From Clostridia bacterium (lineage in GTDB: Bacteria > Bacillota > Clostridia > Monoglobales > Monoglobaceae), in the NCBI GenBank assembly GCA_045591035.1, contig JAZNSG010000027.1, positions 20,871 through 84,870 of the forward strand: a DNA stretch of 64,000 nt. The letters run 5' to 3'. The notes under the pieces are model-generated. The model was given only the letters and a program-made list of their open reading frames with translations. It had not been told where the DNA came from and ran no database searches. Below, in pieces: positions 54,391 to 61,652 of this stretch; position 1 is the first letter of the stretch; every line of letters begins with the position of its first letter. A program made the translations under genes and the position numbers.

Positions 54391-54615
54391 TCAATATTTC
54401 TTTTTCCCTGACATAATATACATTTTATCAGCTTCCGGTTCAATTTCGCTTTTGACTACCTCGTCCCAACAAGCAGGGTCAACCTCTTCAAGTGAAATTG
54501 AAATAGCTTCCGCAGGGCAACCCCAAAACTCAAGAAAGGTGTCATTTATTCTTTCAACAACCTTTTTCTTTGTTTCTTCATCCTTGGGGTAACACTTAAT
54601 TTTTATATAAGGCAT
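54391..54615 (-). CDS. tautomerase-family small protein (4-OT-like)
   Basis: 74 aa starting MPYIKIK (Pro after the initiator Met) and a beta-alpha-beta pattern ending ...ISISLEEV. Confidence 0.45.
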   Translation of the reverse strand: MPYIKIKCYPKDEETKKKVVERINDTFLEFWGCPAEAISISLEEVDPACWDEVVKSEIEPEADKMYIMSGKKKY

Positions 54616-54663
54616 AAAATCACCGTCTCTCTCTGTTTTATCCGAATACTCATATTGTTGGTT

Positions 54664-54984
54664 TTACATGTGGAAAATCTCTTCCAGATCCACCCACATA
54701 TCAAATTTTTTATTTTCATCCAGGGATTCCTGACAGGCGTCCGTGAGTGACATCCAGCGAAGATATTCTTCATCATTCTCAAGCTTTTTCATATCCTCTT
54801 CATAATTTGTTCCTGTGTATTCAAAATACGCAAACATATACCCGTCTCTTTCGAATATGGTATAATTTTGAATATTCACGGCATGAGTTTTTTCAACAAT
54901 CCCCGGCCAGATTTCGTAGTGCAGCTTTTTATATTCTGCAAACTTCTCGGGTTTAACCTTTACCACTTGTCCAAAACGTTTCAT
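54664..54984 (-). CDS. rhaM: L-rhamnose mutarotase family protein
   Basis: 106 aa; ...VKPEKFAEYKKLHYEIWPGIVE...NYTIF...MFAYFEY... matches the RhaM pattern. Confidence 0.75.
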   Translation of the reverse strand: MKRFGQVVKVKPEKFAEYKKLHYEIWPGIVEKTHAVNIQNYTIFERDGYMFAYFEYTGTNYEEDMKKLENDEEYLRWMSLTDACQESLDENKKFDMWVDLEEIFHM

Positions 54985-54998
54985 CTTAAGTTCCTCCT

Positions 54999-55922
54999 TT
55001 AATTATCAAGAAAATCCTCTAAAAAATATGCATTCGTATCTGCAAAACATCCATTTTCATCCAAAACAGTTATACGGATATAATCCTCAAATCCCTTTAT
55101 CGGAAATTCAGCTTCGGTAATATAGTCACAGTTTTTGTCTCCTGCAGAAGCAAGATGCTGACATCTGGCACCCGTTGAGCAAATTATTTTTTTCGCATTG
55201 GTTGTTTTTATGTGAACTGTATTCTTTTCGCTGTCATACCAAAGAGATTTAATTTCGGGTCCCGTGGAAGAATAAAAATCCCCTTTTTCCAAAGCTCTCA
55301 TTATGATTTCATATTCCAATCTTTCCGCCTTAATCACCACATATCCGCCGCAAGAAGATTTGGCATTATGGGAATCATCCGTTGCAAGAGCATATATTTT
55401 TTTACCTGCACGAAGCATCTCATCATACACAACACCATTATAGTCCAAAAATCCGCCTAAGATATTGGAATGGTTATATATTTCCATTGCGTTCATGTTG
55501 TGATAATTTATATATTGGTCATAGGTTTCAAGGGACCATCTCGGATGATTGTATGTAACAAAAAAGCCTTTCTCTCTGCCTGTTTTCATCACATTTGAAA
55601 GATACTCCGGTGTGTATATCCTTTCAAACTCTGCCTTTGAGCGGTCAACTTCCATGCTCTCATCCCACAATGGATGGGCATCAATCTCAGGATTCATGGC
55701 TAAAAAACACATATGGCAAGTCTTGGACTTTTCCCAAACTCCCGTAAACTTTCCAATATCTATCTCAACACCATTAATGGCAAGAAATTTTTCATCATTT
55801 AAATGTGAATGATTTGCAAAGATATTGTGGTCGGTAAAAGCAACAATTGAATATCCGTTGTCCATATACAACTTTTTTATTTCTTCGGGTGAAAGTTTAC
55901 CATCTGAAACAGTCGAATGCAT
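54999..55922 (-). CDS. PHP-domain phosphoesterase (start codon unresolved)
   Basis: The track ORF begins MHSTVSDG. The in-frame upstream sequence reads ...DYKANLH-MHST, which would complete the PHP HxH motif. No ATG, GTG or TTG lies upstream before the in-frame stop at 55992-55994. Confidence 0.65.
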   Translation of the reverse strand: MHSTVSDGKLSPEEIKKLYMDNGYSIVAFTDHNIFANHSHLNDEKFLAINGVEIDIGKFTGVWEKSKTCHMCFLAMNPEIDAHPLWDESMEVDRSKAEFERIYTPEYLSNVMKTGREKGFFVTYNHPRWSLETYDQYINYHNMNAMEIYNHSNILGGFLDYNGVVYDEMLRAGKKIYALATDDSHNAKSSCGGYVVIKAERLEYEIIMRALEKGDFYSSTGPEIKSLWYDSEKNTVHIKTTNAKKIICSTGARCQHLASAGDKNCDYITEAEFPIKGFEDYIRITVLDENGCFADTNAYFLEDFLDN

Positions 55923-56010
55923 GTGAAGGTTAGCCTTGTAATCATTTTTCCCTTCGGGTAATAGATACTTAATTATAACACATCTCTTCCTTTACAATTA
56001 TTTAAAACTT

Positions 56011-56853
56011 TCAGGCACATATAAGATTTATAATTTCTCTGCCTACAGTTTGTGAAAGGTTCAACGCCTTCTGAAGTGACTCTTCCGACTTGAAACGATT
56101 CAAAAAGTGTCCTATCTCAAAGGTTAAATCTCCGGTATAATTTGCATTTTTAATATGCAACGCAATATTATCCCAATTAAGTCTGCCCACATAAGGCAAC
56201 AAGTGGTCATCACCCTTTAAATTATTGTCACTTATGTGCAGAGCTTTTATTTTCGTTGTGTCAACTGAGTCAATGAACTTTTCAGGTGAACCATAAGTAA
56301 GCTGAGCATGACCAATATCTATACAGATTGTAAACCAGGGTGAATCAAGCAAATCAATAACCGCATTTAACTCTTCAGGAGTCCCGAGTTTGCTCAGAAA
56401 ACAGCCATCACTCACCTTGAACAGATTTTCAACAGCAACTTTTATGTTATGCTTTTTGCAATAAGGCTCCAAGGCTTTGTAAAACCTGACATTTGTTTCA
56501 ATATCAGTGGATACGGCATGAACAACAATATTTTCTGCCCCAAGAATTGATGCCCCTTCGATTGAGCGTATCAGCCTGACAAATTTCTCATTTGAAAGGT
56601 CAAAAGCATCATTTTCGATCAAGTCAAAGGGTGCATGTGATTGGTTACAAAAAAGCCCCTTCTCACTCAAAAAGTCACGAAGCTTTTCTGCATAAGCTCT
56701 GTAGTTTTCGCCCAAAACAAGCTCTTCATTTTCTCCCGCTAAGTCAAAATATGAATAGTCAACTGCGTCAAACCCGGCTTTTTTTATCATTTCAATACAC
56801 TTAAAATCGCCAAATTTTTCTCTTATAGCATAAGTTTCCACTGATAGCTTCAT
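56011..56853 (-). CDS. sugar phosphate isomerase/epimerase (xylose isomerase-like TIM barrel)
   Basis: 280 aa; AP-endonuclease-2/xylose-isomerase-like barrel pattern (...VVHAV..., ...VAVENL..., ...ICIDIGH..., ...LHISDN...). Confidence 0.75.
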   Translation of the reverse strand: MKLSVETYAIREKFGDFKCIEMIKKAGFDAVDYSYFDLAGENEELVLGENYRAYAEKLRDFLSEKGLFCNQSHAPFDLIENDAFDLSNEKFVRLIRSIEGASILGAENIVVHAVSTDIETNVRFYKALEPYCKKHNIKVAVENLFKVSDGCFLSKLGTPEELNAVIDLLDSPWFTICIDIGHAQLTYGSPEKFIDSVDTTKIKALHISDNNLKGDDHLLPYVGRLNWDNIALHIKNANYTGDLTFEIGHFLNRFKSEESLQKALNLSQTVGREIINLICA

Positions 56854-56947
56854 TTATCTAAACCTCCAGGAAAATCATTTTTTAAAGAACTCGCTGACCG
56901 TACATAACATGCATTTATTATAGAATCAGTGAACAATTTAGATGCCT

Positions 56948-57301
56948 CTATTTAATAGGTTCAAATTTAAACTGTTCATTTAAGTATTCATCCAATGTAC
57001 CATCAATTCTATCGAAATGGTGTGTTCCCTCTGATAATTTTAAATCATTTGCCTGCATATATAATGAAATTGTTTTTCTTATTGGTTCAGGTATCTGCTT
57101 TAATGCACCATACTTTTCAGGGGTTTCTATAAAAACAGTATAGTCTGCCACATCATTCTCTTCAACTATTATATCATTAAAATCTTTAGAAAAATCCAAT
57201 TCCGTTGTTGATGCCCAATGATATGTCATTCCTACATAGAAAGAAAGCACAATTGTCACAATCCATAATATGCCAATAATTACTTTGGATACTTTTTTCA
57301 T
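56948..57301 (-). CDS. membrane-anchored hypothetical protein (117 aa)
   Basis: N-terminal TM helix followed by a soluble domain. Its ATG directly abuts the TAA of the upstream gene (TAAATG). AT-rich. Confidence 0.5.
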   Translation of the reverse strand: MKKVSKVIIGILWIVTIVLSFYVGMTYHWASTTELDFSKDFNDIIVEENDVADYTVFIETPEKYGALKQIPEPIRKTISLYMQANDLKLSEGTHHFDRIDGTLDEYLNEQFKFEPIK

Positions 57302-57658
57302 TTAATCCCCTTTACTTTGATTTTTCTTAGCCGTTGTAATTGAGGCAATAAGTTTTCTTCTCAAGGTTCCGCTTTTATTATTTAATTCATTATATACATT
57401 TTCTTGTAATGAATTAACCTTATAAAGAATTTCTAACCAGTATTCAGTTTCATAACATTCTTTCAATGCTATTTCCAATTTATGAATAAAGTCTGCTCTA
57501 CTTTGTGCATATTTTGCCTCGTGTGAATTTGCGCCTATTGAAGAACATGACCGCAATAACTGATTTACAAATACTGCTCTCCCCTTTATATTATCACATA
57601 TTGCAGTTATCTCAACAGTAAGTTCTACCGCTAATTCCTTTATTGTTTTATCATTCAT
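57302..57658 (-). CDS. four-helix-bundle protein (23S rRNA intervening-sequence protein / Avd-like family)
   Basis: 118 aa; ...LLRSCSSIGANSHEAKYAQSRADFIHKLEIALKECYETEYWLEIL... is the hallmark of this family. Confidence 0.8.
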   Translation of the reverse strand: MNDKTIKELAVELTVEITAICDNIKGRAVFVNQLLRSCSSIGANSHEAKYAQSRADFIHKLEIALKECYETEYWLEILYKVNSLQENVYNELNNKSGTLRRKLIASITTAKKNQSKGD

Positions 57659-57674
57659 AATTCATTCTTCTTTC

Positions 57675-57858
57675 TGCGATATACTCACTTCGTTCGTGCG
57701 ATATATTTTTGTTTTAATCAAATGCGATATAACCTCGTTTCACTCGGTTGCGATATGATATAAATTTCTTCATCTTGTGCCACAGGCACATATCGCACCG
57801 ACAGGTATATCGCATCCATTAGGATATATCGCAAATTCCGTCAGGAATTTATATCGCT
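57675..57858. repeat. array of eight TGCGATAT octamers (4 forward, 4 reverse)
   Basis: TGCGATAT at 57675, 57697, 57723 and 57749. ATATCGCA at 57790, 57807 and 57826, and ATATCGCT at 57851. The hairpin GTGCC-ACA-GGCAC (57777-57789) sits near the centre of the array. Confidence 0.8.
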
Positions 57859-57886
57859 GAGTTTAATCGTTCTACGATTAAACTCA
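57858..57886. promoter_or_regulatory. perfect 12-bp inverted repeat (TGAGTTTAATCG-N5-CGATTAAACTCA), operator-like
   Basis: Abuts or overlaps the -10 and the predicted transcription start of the minus-strand promoter at 57886-57914. Confidence 0.45.
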
Positions 57887-57914
57887 TTATATCATAAATG
57901 GCGTATATTTTCAA
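57886..57914 (-). promoter_or_regulatory. putative strong promoter of the four-helix-bundle operon (TTGAAA-17-TGaTATAAT)
   Basis: Minus strand: TTGAAA 57914-57909, 17-nt spacer ending in TGA, TATAAT 57891-57886. This leaves a leader of about 220 nt. Confidence 0.5.
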
Positions 57915-58024
57915 GCACTTTTTCTATAAGCACGGCATAATGGTTTTTCACAGTCTAAAAAACAAATTTATCTGCAGATAATGTGAAAATACCCCTCAAA
58001 GTTCTGTTTTCTCTGCTTTTTTAC

Positions 58025-58045
58025 TGTGGATAACTCTGTGGATAA
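58025..58045. promoter_or_regulatory. two perfect DnaA boxes (TGTGGATAA x2, 3-bp spacing)
   Basis: 58025-58033 and 58037-58045 are each the exact reverse complement of TTATCCACA. The palindrome TTATCTGCAGATAA (57968-57981) provides two further 7/9 boxes. Confidence 0.5.
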
Positions 58046-58147
58046 AGTGAATAGTAACAATTATGTAAACTTAAAGAAATTCAAATCTTTTAAATCAAGT
58101 AGCTTACATTGAAAATTGTAGAATTGTGGCAATTCGCCCCGGTATAC

Positions 58148-58176
58148 TTGACAAAAGCTCTGTTTTTGTATAAAAT
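58148..58176 (+). promoter_or_regulatory. putative promoter of rex (TTGACA-17-TAAAAT)
   Basis: TTGACA 58148-58153, 17-nt spacer, TAAAAT 58171-58176. Confidence 0.5.
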
Positions 58177-58294
58177 AATATGATGAATGTAATTCACGGG
58201 GGACAATACAGTATGGTCTTCTCATTGCTCACAAAATCATTAAAAACCATCTGATTCTCCGTTTACCTAACAATTACATTATGGAGGAAAAACA

Positions 58295-58924
58295 ATGGAA
58301 AAACAAGTTTCGTCATCAGTTATTAATCGTTTGCCCAGATACTACAGATACCTGGGTGAGTTGTTGACCGGTGGCACTGAACGAATTTCTTCAAAAGAAC
58401 TCAGCGAAAAAATGGGGGTTACTGCATCCCAGATACGTCAAGACCTTAACTGTTTCGGGGGTTTTGGCCAACAAGGATACGGCTATAATGTCGAATATTT
58501 ATATAATGAAATTGCCGGCATTTTAGGTCTTAACTCTCAATATAAAGCTATATTAGTTGGTGCAGGTAATATGGGTCAGGCTCTTGCTCAAAATACTACC
58601 TTTGAAAAGCGTGGTTTTACCCTTACGGGAATTTTTGACATTGACCCGGAAAAAATCGGCAAAAAGATTAAAGGAATCACTATTTCAGATTACAAATACA
58701 TACAGGATTTCATTGAACGCGAAAAACCTACAATGGCAGTAATCTCTACACCAAGAACTGTTGTTAATCAGGTGGTTCGTGAACTCAGAGATATGGGGAT
58801 AAAAGCATTCCTTAACTTTTCCTATGCAGAAATTGCCCATGACGAGGATGTTGTAGTTGAGAACATACACTTAAGTGATAGTCTTATGCGTCTTTGCTAC
58901 AAAATTTCAGCACGAGAAAAATAA
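58295..58924 (+). CDS. rex: redox-sensing transcriptional repressor Rex
   Basis: 209 aa; INRLPRYYRYL wHTH start and the Rossmann motif in AILVGAGNMGQAL. Confidence 0.9.
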   Translation: MEKQVSSSVINRLPRYYRYLGELLTGGTERISSKELSEKMGVTASQIRQDLNCFGGFGQQGYGYNVEYLYNEIAGILGLNSQYKAILVGAGNMGQALAQNTTFEKRGFTLTGIFDIDPEKIGKKIKGITISDYKYIQDFIEREKPTMAVISTPRTVVNQVVRELRDMGIKAFLNFSYAEIAHDEDVVVENIHLSDSLMRLCYKISAREK

Positions 58925-58949
58925 ATTTCCTTTTGAAGGTGGTGTTTAG

Positions 58950-59753
58950 ATGCAAATCTTTGCTCTTGTTGGAAAAAGCGGCACAGGTAAAAGCTTTCAG
59001 TGCATGGATATTGCCCGCAACCACCACATTGAAGCCGTCATAGATGACGGTCTTCTTATTTCCCGAAGCAGAATTTTAGCAGGTAACTCTGCAAAACACG
59101 AAAGCAACAAAATGGCTTCTGTGAAACGTGCCATTTTTTCAAGCGATATTCATGCCGAGGCAGTAAAATCTGCAATCTCAAAATACAACCTGAGCTCAAT
59201 ATTGATTTTAGGCACATCGGATAAGATGGTCCGGGAAATAGCCAGACGTCTTAACCTCCCCGAAGTGCAGCAAACATTTTATATTGAAGATATTTCAAGT
59301 CCGGAGGAAATCTTTATTGCATCAGAAATGCGAAACAAACAGGGAAAGCACATTATTCCCGTTCCGGTTTTTGAGGTGAAAAAGCAGTTTTCAGGTTATG
59401 TACTCTCAGCCTTATTGCCTTATGGAAAGCGGGACCGTCAGCTTGAAAAAACAGTTGTGCGTCCTACCTACAGTTATCTGGGTGAATTTCGGATTTCGCA
59501 GAAAGTATTCAATGATATATGCAGGTTTGAGACTTCACGCATTCCAAATGTGAATAACGTTTTCAAGGTAAAAAGCACTTCCGATATTGAAGGGTATATT
59601 TCCATTGACATTGATATTTCTTTCTCCTTCCCGTGTGAGATACAAAAAACGTGTACTAAAATACAAAAAGCAATCATTAAATCCATAGAAGACAGCACCT
59701 CGATAATTGTAAAAGAGGTTAATGTTTTTGTAAAACAGTTAGAAAATTTATAA
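58950..59753 (+). CDS. P-loop NTPase fused to an Asp23/Gls24-like C-terminal domain, function unknown
   Basis: 267 aa; Walker A motif in VGKSGTGKS. The C-terminal ~90 aa (...FRISQKVFNDICRFE...IEGYISIDIDISFSFPCEIQKTCTKIQKAIIKSIEDSTSIIVKEVNVFV) resemble Asp23. Confidence 0.5.
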   Translation: MQIFALVGKSGTGKSFQCMDIARNHHIEAVIDDGLLISRSRILAGNSAKHESNKMASVKRAIFSSDIHAEAVKSAISKYNLSSILILGTSDKMVREIARRLNLPEVQQTFYIEDISSPEEIFIASEMRNKQGKHIIPVPVFEVKKQFSGYVLSALLPYGKRDRQLEKTVVRPTYSYLGEFRISQKVFNDICRFETSRIPNVNNVFKVKSTSDIEGYISIDIDISFSFPCEIQKTCTKIQKAIIKSIEDSTSIIVKEVNVFVKQLENL

Positions 59754-59768
59754 ATTGGGGTATGACAT

Positions 59769-60608
59769 ATGATTAGACTTTATAACATAGACCATTTTCA
59801 GCTTGAGGAAACTTTTTTCTGCGGTCAATGTTTCCGTTGGGTTAAAGATGAAGATGGTACGTTCTACGGAACAGTGGCAAATCACGCCGTAAAAATGTAT
59901 TACCATGACCCAAAAACTATCTACCTTGAAAGTTCAAACCCTGATTTGATTTATTGGAGTCGTTATTTCAGTTTTTCAAGTGACTACAATGAAATCGAAG
60001 CGTTTTTGAGTAATGACGAAAAGCTCAGACCCTGTATTAAAGCAGGGAATGGTATAAGGATACTTCACCAGGACCTTTGGGAGACTATTGTTTCTTATAT
60101 TATTTCTGCCAACAACAATATTCCTCGCATCAAAAAAATTATAGATAAGCTTTGTTTTCTTTATGGCGAGAAAATTGATTTTGACGGAAAGGTTTTCTAT
60201 GGTTTTCCCACGCCCGAGCGTTTAGCGGCTCTGGAGCTTTCTGACCTTGCGGAAATTCGTGCAGGTTTTCGAGATAAATACATTCTTGATGCAGCGAAAA
60301 AAGTAACTTCAGGGGAAGTTGACCTTAAAAAGATTACAGCCATGAATGATGCCGAAGCAAAGACCGAGCTTATGAAAATCAAAGGTATAGGCAGCAAAGT
60401 CGCAGACTGTGTTCTTCTCTTTGCTCTGGGCAGATACAAGACATTTCCCCAGGATGTCTGGACCAAACGAATAGTAAATCAGTTATACGGTGTTGAAGAA
60501 AAAGATATAGAAAGCTTTGTCTCTGAAAAATTTGGAGATAAAGCCGGTATGGCTCAGCAGTATCTTTATTACTATTATGGAATAGAAAAAAATGAAATTG
60601 TGTATTAA
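59769..60608 (+). CDS. ogg: 8-oxoguanine DNA glycosylase (HhH-GPD, clostridial Ogg type)
   Basis: 279 aa; FFCGQCFRW N-terminus, HhH motif LMKIKGIGSKVADCVLLF and catalytic ...FPQDVW. Confidence 0.75.
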   Translation: MIRLYNIDHFQLEETFFCGQCFRWVKDEDGTFYGTVANHAVKMYYHDPKTIYLESSNPDLIYWSRYFSFSSDYNEIEAFLSNDEKLRPCIKAGNGIRILHQDLWETIVSYIISANNNIPRIKKIIDKLCFLYGEKIDFDGKVFYGFPTPERLAALELSDLAEIRAGFRDKYILDAAKKVTSGEVDLKKITAMNDAEAKTELMKIKGIGSKVADCVLLFALGRYKTFPQDVWTKRIVNQLYGVEEKDIESFVSEKFGDKAGMAQQYLYYYYGIEKNEIVY

Positions 60609-60629
60609 ACTTATGGAGGTCGAATTAAA

Positions 60630-61196
60630 ATGGATGTTTCAAAAGCATTACTCGGAAGACGAACAATAAGAAAATTTACTCAGGAAAAAATCGAACATAA
60701 AGATTTGGTGGATTTGATAGAATATGCAAGACTTGCTGCATACCCGGCAAATATGCAACCTTTGAAATTTGCCATAATAGATGACCCTGAAAAGTGTGAG
60801 CTTGTTTTCCCACACACAAAATGGGCAGGTTATCTTGCAGATGGCACGCCTAAAATCGGCGAACGTCCCACAGCGTATATTGCTGTGTTTGGCGACAAAT
60901 CAATTAAAAACTCCTTTGAAACCGAAGCGGGCGCTGCGATTACATCAATGATGCTTGGTGCTTACGAAAAGGGCCTTGGCAGCTGTTGGATAGGGGCACT
61001 AAGTCGCAAAAATCTTATGGAAATATTTGGTTTATCCGAAGAGAAATTTTCACTTCTTTATGTTTTAGCTTTAGGATATCCGGCTCAGCTCAGTCAACCC
61101 TGTGAATTGACAGACAGCATAAAATACTTTGAAGACGAAAACAAAACATTGAATGTTCCAAAACGAAGTATTGATGAGATTTTATTGGAAGTTTAG
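60630..61196 (+). CDS. nitroreductase-family protein
   Basis: 188 aa; LLGRRTIRKF start and the ...GLGSCWIG... motif. Confidence 0.85.
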   Translation: MDVSKALLGRRTIRKFTQEKIEHKDLVDLIEYARLAAYPANMQPLKFAIIDDPEKCELVFPHTKWAGYLADGTPKIGERPTAYIAVFGDKSIKNSFETEAGAAITSMMLGAYEKGLGSCWIGALSRKNLMEIFGLSEEKFSLLYVLALGYPAQLSQPCELTDSIKYFEDENKTLNVPKRSIDEILLEV

Positions 61197-61203
61197 TGCA
61201 TTT

Positions 61204-61247
61204 AAAAATACTGTTTAAAAACAAATTCGTTTTTAAACAGTATTTTT
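61204..61247. terminator. bidirectional terminator between the nitroreductase gene and the Zn-ribbon gene
   Basis: AAAAATACTGTTTAAAAAC-aaattc-GTTTTTAAACAGTATTTTT (19-bp stem). Confidence 0.7.
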
Positions 61248-61250
61248 TAT

Positions 61251-61652
61251 CTATTTACTATTCTCATACATTTTCAACGTCTCCCCAAGTCTCGAGGGGA
61301 AACTCGGCTTCAAATCATATTTCTCTCCACACCTGCATTGTACCGAAAATGCATATTGCACAGTTCTTTGGTCAATTACCCCAAACAAAGGCTCCTTACA
61401 TTTTTTGCAGTACAAAATATCTTTTTTTATAAGCGGCATCTGTCCGATATATCTGAATTCATCTTCATAGCTCTTCCCATGACTGATAATTAAGCTTCCG
61501 TAATTTCCACAGGTGCATATAATACTTAGTTTTATATCTTTAAAGCTCTTGGAATTGATGCTCCCCAAAACTTTTTCACAGTTCCCGCAAAACACAAGAC
61601 TCCCGCTCTTGGCAAGAGTCTTTAGTCCGCGTAAATACGCCTTGGTTTTCAT
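61251..61652 (-). CDS. tandem zinc-ribbon protein (133 aa), unknown function
   Basis: Two similar halves: CGNCEKVLG...CTCGNYG and CKKCKEPLFG...CRCGEKY. Its ATG overlaps the guaB TAA (TAATG). Confidence 0.5.
   Translation of the reverse strand: MKTKAYLRGLKTLAKSGSLVFCGNCEKVLGSINSKSFKDIKLSIICTCGNYGSLIISHGKSYEDEFRYIGQMPLIKKDILYCKKCKEPLFGVIDQRTVQYAFSVQCRCGEKYDLKPSFPSRLGETLKMYENSK

Noticed and set aside
56948-57658. A complete diversity-generating retroelement around the Avd-like gene.
   Set aside because: No reverse transcriptase ORF is present. I saw no ~100-bp template/variable repeat pair with A-specific mismatches anywhere in the window.
57660-58294. A chromosomal replication origin (oriC) or an integrated plasmid origin, suggested by the iteron-like array, the DnaA boxes and the AT-rich DNA.
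   Set aside because: There is no dnaA, dnaN or rep gene nearby. Only two perfect boxes are present. The array lies inside a predicted 5' leader. It is kept as separate lower-claim findings instead.
58177-58294. A Rex operator in the rex 5' UTR (expected TTGTGAA-N6-TTCACAA-like palindrome).
   Set aside because: Only half-site-like fragments are present (TGTAATTCAC, GCTCACAA), with no convincing palindrome.
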